From the human T2T-CHM13v2.0 reference genome, Homo sapiens, in assembly GCF_009914755.1 (NCBI RefSeq), contig NC_060926.1: a stretch of DNA of 64,000 bases, one strand, 5' to 3'. This document shows positions 55,650 through 64,000 of the stretch, one piece after another; within the stretch, counting starts at the first letter, position 1; every line of letters starts with the position of its first letter. Both the position numbers and the translations under genes were made by a program. Under the pieces are notes generated by a model. That model made no database searches. It was not told the DNA's origin and saw only the letters and a list, made by a program, of their open reading frames with translations.

Positions 55650-58600
55650 CTTTATTCACTTGAAAAAGGAAGTTCCTACTTTCTAGGAGTTTACAGTCTA
55701 GTAGGAAAATCAAACAATGTATAGACAATTAAAAGGATGGGAATAAGGTTAGGGGCTATGGACAGAGTGACATCTGTGCTGAGAACTGATGAATAACTAA
55801 GAGTTAGGCAGTAGAATGGGCACCACTGAATGTAAAACAAAGAGAATAGCCAGTTAAGAGGCCTAGCAGTGAGAGAAAAAGGAGGATGTGTTTGAGATAA
55901 TTAAAGGAGCTCTTTATAGCTAAGAGTATGGAGCATAATATGAGGGCTGAGGGCCAAACCTAAACAGCATAAAAGGGCTCATCTCATGAAGGTCCCTGTG
56001 AACCATATTGCATTGTAAGAGGGCTAGGTGGTGGGAGAGTCCAACTGACTGAGAAAATGATAATTATATTTCTACTTTAGAAACATCACTTTAGTTGAAG
56101 AATAATAAGTAAAATAGAAGGATTATTTCTTACGTCAGAGAAAAAGCTGGTAGATGGGAGGGTTAATTCTGGTAAGGATAAAATCAGGAGATACTTTAGA
56201 AGTAGAAAATTGATACTTGATATTAATTGAGATACAGGTGTGTGTATAAGAAAGAATGTGTTAAGGCTAACCTCCTGGATTCTGATTTGGTGTTCTGATT
56301 ATCAGTGTTGTATAGCAAACCACACCAAACTTAATTATACTCATAATGTCTGTTGGTCAGGAATTCAGAAATGGCACCCACCACAGAGATGGTTTTTCTC
56401 AACTCCATGATGTCTGGGGATTCATCAAAAACTTGAAAGATGGGGGTAACTTAAAGACTGAGGGACTTGAATTAACTAAAGCCTCATCCACTCACATTTC
56501 TGGCAGCTGGGTGGAAAGAACTAATGATTTGGACTATCAATATTTTCTCCCCATGCTGTTTAAATCCCTTATAACATGGCAGGCTTGAGGTATTTGTACT
56601 TCTTCCATGGTGACTCAGGGTTCCAAGTACAAATGAGCTAGTGAGCAAGGTAGAAGCTGTACCTTTTGTGATCTATAATTGTAAATAATCCAACATTATA
56701 ATAGACATGTTCTACCGGTGCAAAGGAAAAAGTGCATGGACCCTATCATTCAATACAGAGTGCCAAAGTTTCTTAAGCCATGTTTTAAAACTACTGAAGT
56801 TTGAAATCTGATTTATATTTCTCTCACATGTGACATACACCTGGCTCCTCCTCTAGGACCAGAAATTTCTCACTCCGTTACAGAATCAAATAAAAAATCT
56901 AAGATCTCATAATCTAAATTAAATATAGGTGCAGATGGGACTTTAAAGGACAGTCTCTCCAGTATGAATCTTCTTGATCTAAAAACTTATGAACAAAAGA
57001 GATGATTTTTCTGTCTCAACCTGATTCCTCCCCATATAAGATTGTGGGTCAATAAGTTTCTTTTTATTTCATACTGTTTCTGTCTCTGTCAGCTCAAGCT
57101 GATACAATTCCTTTACAAATATTTTAAGGTTCCTGTGTATCAGTTTATGATACTTTCCATTTAGGCAAAAGTCACACTTACAAATAGTGTTTCAATAAGC
57201 TCTTCTTTGACTTGGACTGCCTTGAGGCAATAGTCTTATAATTTATAAGCGCTTTACTGAGAGGGCTTATGAGGCATGCAGAAAGATGGAAAGACATCTT
57301 TAGATCTTCTTAAGACTTCTTAAGAGTCTATAAGCACCAATTTAAATCTTGCTGAGGTCTTGTCAAAAGGGTTTTCTAATCACATACTTGGTTTGTCTTT
57401 ACCCTGTTGGCATCACCCTCAATTTGACCTTTGGTCTAGGCCCTTTCTTACTTTGAGAATATTATTCTGGGAGAAACTAGGAAAATAATAGTTTTATTTT
57501 TGAATGCAGAAAATTCTGGATCTTTTCTATTTCCTTTAATTTTTTTTTCTGAAACTTGAAAGATTCATTTTTAGCTCATCTCTTTCTTTTTTATCTTATC
57601 ATACACAGCTAAAAGAAGCCATTGAAAGTTTTAACAATCTGCCTTTAAATCATCTTAGGCAAATCTATCAATTCATTAAGTGTATTTTCTGATTTCCATG
57701 ACACTTTAGTTGAACGTATTGACAAAATTGCCTCCCCGAACTCCCAGCCTTTTCTTGAGCCCTTAGTCCCACTCACTGCCTGGTCCTATAGCCACTGCTA
57801 CATCTTTCAGGATTTTGTTGTAGCTGTAACCACAATTACTTCCAAGTGCCAAAGTCTGTTCCGGTAAGTATTGATGCATAACAAACCACCTAAAACTTTA
57901 AAATAACAACCATTCTACTATGCCCATTCTATTATTCACTGCAATTCTGAAGGTCAATGATTCAGAAGGGCATATCAAGGATGGCCTGTTTTTGGTCTGT
58001 GATGTCAGTATGAGGCTTCTGCTTTTAAGAATTGAAAGCTGAGGGGAACTCAATGCCATGAGCTGGAATTAACTAATCTTATTTATGTGTCTGGCAGATG
58101 GGTGAGGAGAATGTAAAGATGAAAAGGGAAAACTCCAGTCTATCTGTATCCCCCGTGTGATTTTTCTTCATTACAACATGGCAGCCTCATTGTAGGTGGC
58201 CTTTTACCTGGTGGCTCAGGGCTCCAAGTGCAACTTCAGGTAGAAGTTTTATTAGCTTTTATGATCCGATCTCAAAGATCTCATAGGAGAACTTCAGCAG
58301 TACAATATTGGCTGAAGCAATCACAATCCCTCCAAAATTTAAGAGGAGGGAATATGGACAGTACCTCTCGCTATGGAAGTAATGTCAAAAAAAACCTCGA
58401 AGACATGTTTCAAAACCTCCACACCTTAGTATGAATGTTTTACTGAATTGAGGAACACAAGAATAGAAGCAAGTTTGTGGCTAGGATAATCCAGGTCAGG
58501 TATGGAAATTTGAATTTTGAGCTGTCTGTATAGTATCTAGTTGGCAAAAAGTAGAGAATTTTACTCACATTTGGAGCTCAGGATGAAGTTCAGGACTGAA

Positions 58601-58920
58601 GTTAGAGTTTGGAAAAATGCATCTGATATTTAAAATCCTGAAAGTGGGTGAAAGTATCTGCAGGGATGTGTAAACTAACAAAAGTAGTCCCATGACATAG
58701 GGAAATGCATAGGTGAGCACACTCAGGATGCAAAACGAAGTAAACAGAGGCAGGTGTGGGTCCCAGAATCCAAATGAAGAAAGCATTTCAGGAAGGAGGA
58801 AATTAATTATGCCTAATTATGCAGGTACTATAGGCAAGTGACTTCAAAATGTTAAAGACTGAATTTGAGGTAGCCACAAGAATACCATTGTTGACCACAG
58901 AAAATAGTTGTTTAATGTAA
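55650..58920 (-). mobile_element. L2 split by an MLT1 provirus (pieces ~55650-56290 and ~58424-58920)
   Basis: 'ggagtttacagtctagtagg' ... 'cctcctggattctgatttgg' | 'ttactgaattgaggaacacaagaatagaagcaagtttg'. Confidence 0.6.
56291..58423 (-). mobile_element. MaLR provirus: MLT1(G/H-like) LTR - internal region - LTR
   Basis: Two same-orientation, mutually similar LTRs (~56291-56800 and 57857-58423), sharing e.g. tggtgactcagggttccaagt / tggtggctcagggctccaagt; ~1-kb internal region starting gactttggcacttgg on the minus strand. Confidence 0.72.
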
Positions 58921-60199
58921 TTTCTAAAATATATATATGTACATAAATAAACAATAAAATATTGTATTTTAAGTTATAAAGCCCTGGTTTAGAACATCCC
59001 CATTGTTCCTTCCTAGTCCCAGGGAGGAAGTGCCAGATCTTGAAAACACCAGACTGCAAAACATCCAATACTGCAAATTCATACCCTCCCTGACCACAAC
59101 TTCAATGATTCCAGGTCATTTGCTTAAATATCCCACCTTTCAGAGTTCCTACATCTAACAAAGTGATTCTAGCTTGACCATCTCAAACAGTGTGTTTTTG
59201 TGAACCAGCATTAAAGATACTATCTTATAAATACCCCAACTCTCTGAACAGTCTCTCCTTCCTTTGTTTAATGCTTGCTTGGCAAAGCTCCATCCTTAGA
59301 TAAAAACAGTTACTTAGCTTCACATGCCTGTATCTGGAAATCTTGTTATATTTTTAACAAGCTGCTTTCCCACTGTCCAATACTTTTTCATACCTCTTCT
59401 CTCCTCAAGCTTCTGACCTTCCACCTCCACCTTGGTCTTAGTGGAAGACCTTGTCTAGCACTTCAGGAAGAAAAGGAAACACTTATAATGATGACACATT
59501 TAAAACATTTGAAGCACCTTAATCTCCCAGTAACTATTAATCATTATTATTATTAACCAAGTGTGGGATGATTAAAAGAGAAGAGATGTTTCCACAGTCG
59601 GGGGAGAGCAGAGGGCCAAAAGGGCCGTTGGAGAACAGAGGCCAGATGGATCCCAGATCCTGACCCTGAACTACCTTTGGATGCAGTTGTATTTATAAGA
59701 TGCTCCCATTTGAGAAGGTTGTGTGTGAAGACATGAAATGGAGGGCATGTTGGAGAGGTGGAAGGGGAAGGGTCCCTGTGTAGCAGACAGCAGAGACTCA
59801 ATGGGATGCAGTGGAATGGCTTGAAAATGAGAAGTGTGAGGAACATTAGGGGCTGAAAGCCCAGCATGGGGACACAAGAACAGCACAGGATAGGTGGCTG
59901 CATGGGCTGCTTACCTTAGAAGATGGCCAAGTACATCAGTCAGTTGCACAAAAGGATCAGTCCCTGCAGCTGTCTGATGAGTGGACTCTGACCTCCTATG
60001 GAAGACAGTTACCCCCCCTCTCTAGAATGGACTGAGTGCACCCGGAGGGGCTCCACAGTCCCCCTAAAAAAACAGTGTTTAGGCTTCCCCTTGTCTGCTT
60101 TTGTTGCTTTTTTAGGGATCTTTTTCTTCTTTGCCAGATGGATTCATCCTTCCTCTTCAAAAACCAGAAAAAACAATACCCTTGAGTGAAAATGTTTCT

Positions 60200-60540
60200 G
60201 AATCTCTAGACAGAGTTAGCAACTATATTATAGCACTTACCAATTGCAATGCAGGGAATTACTCACTGTCTTTTCCTCCAAGTATACACTAAGTTTATCA
60301 GAGGTAGACACTGCTTTATTAGATATTGATATGTTCTCACTCCTCATTGCTTAGCACATTTCCCTATCCACGATTGGTATTCAGTCTTATTTCTTGAATG
60401 AAGATGTCAACTGCATGTGTGTTTGTCTTCTCCACTAGAGTGTGAGCTCAATGGTATAAGGAGCTTTATCTTATGCATTCATTCATCACAGCTCTCGAGC
60501 ATTTCTGACCCACAGTAGGTGCTCAATAAATGTTTGGAGA
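60200..60540 (+). mobile_element. L2 3'-end fragments
   Basis: ccactagagtgtgagctc...cacagtaggtgctcaataaatgtttg. Confidence 0.65.
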
Positions 60541-61229
60541 ATATCATCTTGTGGCTGTATTATTTTCCCCTCTCATCCACAATCATGGTTTGACTTTGAT
60601 AAGTGACAAGACGAGAACTGATTTTGGTATAAATGTTTCTCTACCAAAATATCACAAGTTCTCCTCCAAATATATACAGCCTAAGAAGAAATATCAGAAA
60701 AAAAAGCAAATCCCATTTGTATTCAGAAATGGTGCAACCTTCCCATCTAGCCTGGACTCACACGACTGAGCTGGAATAAGGTTTTGGAATCTAGAAGCTG
60801 TGTTCACTCAGTATTCAGGTGGCGTTCACAGAGAGATGCAACAGAAATGATAGAATTTCCATGGTCTCTGAATCCTGCTACCTTTACTGTTTTCTGTCTC
60901 ATAGAGATTCATAATTACAAGAAAGATTCATACTGCCTTTTATTTTCTTTTCCTTTAGATTAAAATTATCTTGATTATTAAATGCTATATTTACATTTCC
61001 AAGTATATCATAAATTCCCAAGAAGTGATTTTTTTTTATTTCTTTACCTAAGAGTAATTTTAAGCTTAAAATCCTTTTAATCCAGCTCAGCGGAAATTCT
61101 TGGAGCCTTGACTCTGAGCCAAGTGCTGTATAAAAGACCGTGGGGAGCATCATTGGGGTGTATTGTGTGTGGGGTGGCAGGGGCATGGAGGGTGAAGGTG
61201 TTACCCTCTCCCATCCCTGAAAAATGCAC

Positions 61230-61803
61230 TGAAGCAAATAAAAATATTTTACGGCAAAATATATGTTTTTGACACATTTTGAGTTGGCTGTTCAGAGAGC
61301 CAGCAAACAGAAGTAGGCTTGCAAAGCTGTCTTTTGTGGGAGAGATTTGCATCTATAGAGAATCTGCATTGACGCTGTCAGGCCTTCCCTTGTCCAGATC
61401 TAGGAAAGATTAACTGAGAATCTGATACCTCTAAGGGACTAAAAGAAATATTTCCCATCTATACTCTCTGACAACTGCTACCTGTGAGGTTTCATTTATA
61501 TAAGAAGACCACCTTTGTTAGCCAAGCCTCCTCTTCTCTCCTCCCACAGCTTCTCTTGACAATCACCTGATTTACCACCATAACTTGCTTTTGGCTACTC
61601 TCGGCCTTTATTCTTTCTGTAACCTCAAGATGACATATAAGCTTCTACATCCATTGAGAGGGGGGTCAGGTAATCACTCGTGACTCTCCCTGTGTACACG
61701 TTAATAAATTGTATGTCATTTCTCTGACTATTCTGCCTTTTATGAGTTGATTTTTCAGTGAAACTTTGATGGGTGAAAGGGAACCTTTCTTTTCACCCCT
61801 ACA
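61230..61803 (+). mobile_element. ERV1 solo LTR, MER4 group (MER34-like)
   Basis: TG...CA ends; tgaagcaaataaaaatattttac...; TATA-like catataag ~61634; aataaa ~61703; subfamily uncertain. Confidence 0.75.
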
Positions 61804-63389
61804 CACTTAAGCCTTAATAAGGCAGACTCTGGCAGGGAAACATATTATCATGTCCTGTCCTCACTGGGCATAAGAATCTTGACCCAAATTATCTGGTGTG
61901 GCTCACTTAGTGTAGGTATTTCCTAAAGGAATGTTCTTCAGAACACAACCCTTTAAGATGCTCATAGAAAACAGTAGGTAGAGGGGGCAGGGCTTCATGT
62001 GTTTGCAAATGCTGGAGATAACTTCCTCCTAAAAAGATTTTTTTAATGTCTCATGGAATTCTATTGTACATGTTTTGGGAAATGTTAATCTAAAGTAATA
62101 TCTGAAAACCTTTTTACTGTAAAAGGTTGTATTATTAATGTAAAATAATAATTTAAATTACTGAATTTGTTAAATTGTTGGATCTGCTTTCTGAGTTGAC
62201 CTCCAGTTAGAGTCCTGTCTATACCCAGTGAGGTAGCAATGGCCAAACAGAGGGTTCAGATAGCAACCTCTTTATGATGGATTTGAACCAGTATGGCCAA
62301 GACAATCGTTTCTCTTCTGGACTAGTGTGGAACTTTGGCTCTATGTACCATATTAGCTGTATCTGGGTGGCATGGGCTGTTCTTTGATGGCTACTTTTTT
62401 ATTGAGGGTCTATATTAGTAGTAAAACTTAGTCTTTACTTATGCACTTTCTCAAAGTTGATCCCTTATGGTTTGTCTTGATGCAGATTCTCACAGGGAGA
62501 ATCACAGAGTGATTACCTGACCTCCTAATGGATGTAGAAGCTTATATGTCACCTTGAGGTTACAGAAAATCTTGATGCAGATTTAAGAAAAAGCTACAGC
62601 CTGGGCTTAAGCCCGTGGATATGGGATTCAAGTCATGCTAGAGAGCTGGTCTAGTGAGAAGAGTCTGAACATAGTGCTTCTTAGTGGAGTTCAAGTAGAG
62701 GGCAATGAACAGTCTTGGAGTTAACTGATGAGCAAGGAATTGTTCTGGGCATATCATGCAGATGGCTGTAAAATCTTTCTTGACTTTTAGTCATGAGTAA
62801 CTACTAGAAGGTATGGAAATCATGGTCATGAATGACAATTGCATTGCATCTTTGAGACCACTTGGATTCTGTTGGCCTTGGTGTTAGAGACTACAACACT
62901 GAGAATAGAATCCTTTAGCAAAGCAACAACCTATTCTGGGCTAGAGTAAAATATACAGTATAGACCCCTTTCTGACTTAAGTTATTAAACTTGAGGTTCT
63001 TTAATTATCTGGAAAGAAAAATTTCTGTAGGAAAATAGCTTTTCTGTGATTCAGGGACCATATTATTATATAGTATAAACTTTATATGTTTTCTCAAAGG
63101 AGAGACTTTTTAACTAGATTTGATACTGAAAATGGTGCAATCCTGATTGTAGCTTATGAATGTGTTGTATTTCTCTGGAGGAGTCAGTGGGTTTTTTTTT
63201 TTTTTGGTTGTTTTTGTTGGTTTATTTGTTCTTTCTCAGTTGAGTTATTGTGCTGTGGTGGCTAGGTTTTCTTTAGAATGCTTGCATGTTATTGATTTTA
63301 ATCAACTTCATCTAACAAAAACCACATGCACAAATCTTTTTGAGATACAGGTTTTACTCCATATACTCATCTCTATTGTGAGTATAATT

Positions 63390-64000
63390 AAAGTTATTTG
63401 AGGCCACACCCTTAGTCTTCTTTCTAGGAAACATCTTATTCCACTGAAAGAATCTGCCTGGCACTACCTTAATCCTTTTAGGGATATTTTTACAGCTTAT
63501 CTTTTCACAGCCTTGTTTTAATAACTTCAGTTTTTATTTTAGATACATAGGGTCCAAGTGCAGGTTTGTTACGTGAGTATATTGCTCTTAGGGATCTTGA
63601 TAAGTGGTATGACAGCCACACTCTGGTTTGAAGCTTGCCTCAAGACTGAGTCTTAGTGGCCTTTCTAACTCAAAGGTTTTCTTAATTTTTAACTTTACTG
63701 TAGAGGATTAAAAAAAAGTTTCATTTTCAACCTCTTTAAACTCCAGCATTTTGGATAACTCCACATTCTTTTGCATTTCTGCTTGCAAACTAATTAGTTC
63801 ATTTCTGAGCTCATCCCTTTCTCAAAGCACACAGTCAAATGCAGGTGGAAAGAACCAGTTCACACTATCAACATTCTGCCTCAAAAACTCCTTGCCCAAA
63901 TCTGTTGCGTATGTATTTTTTTCTTGCTATCTATGTTGTTTCAGGTGACAGATTTACCAATTTTTTTCCAGCATATTACATAGGTTTTCATTTTTTAAAA
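63390..64000 (-). mobile_element. MLT1 internal-region fragment with a short L1 3'-end insertion (~63522-63584)
   Basis: Similar to 57380-57730 (tcatttctgagctcatccctttct vs tcatttttagctcatctctttct); L1 end 'gtgcaggtttgttacgtgagtatattgc'. Confidence 0.55.

Overview
A 64-kb window of AT-rich, CpG-depleted, repeat-dense primate DNA. It is almost certainly human, because it carries two human-specific retroelement subfamilies (an L1HS pre-Ta and an AluYb8). I find no credible protein-coding gene, RNA gene, CpG island or CRISPR array. The long ORFs in the track are repeat-derived or look like chance ORFs. The window reads as intergenic or deep-intronic and contains about 11 Alus, several L1 3' fragments, many L2/MIR relics, MaLR/ERVL/ERV1 LTRs (one two-LTR MLT1 provirus), Tigger1 and hAT MITEs. 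The most noteworthy structures are: (1) a nested, non-repeat palindrome at 49088-49362, with an old ~91% stem and a perfect 35-bp inner stem around TA/CA repeats; (2) a pre-Ta L1 with a twin-priming 5' inversion and a ~1-kb internal gap, inserted in a quasi-palindromic target; (3) a near-consensus AluYb8 with a mismatched TSD; (4) repeat-free, CpG-retaining blocks that may be enhancers. I could not identify the locus, and I do not see a convincing new biological system. Subfamily names come from recalled consensus features, not from a database search.
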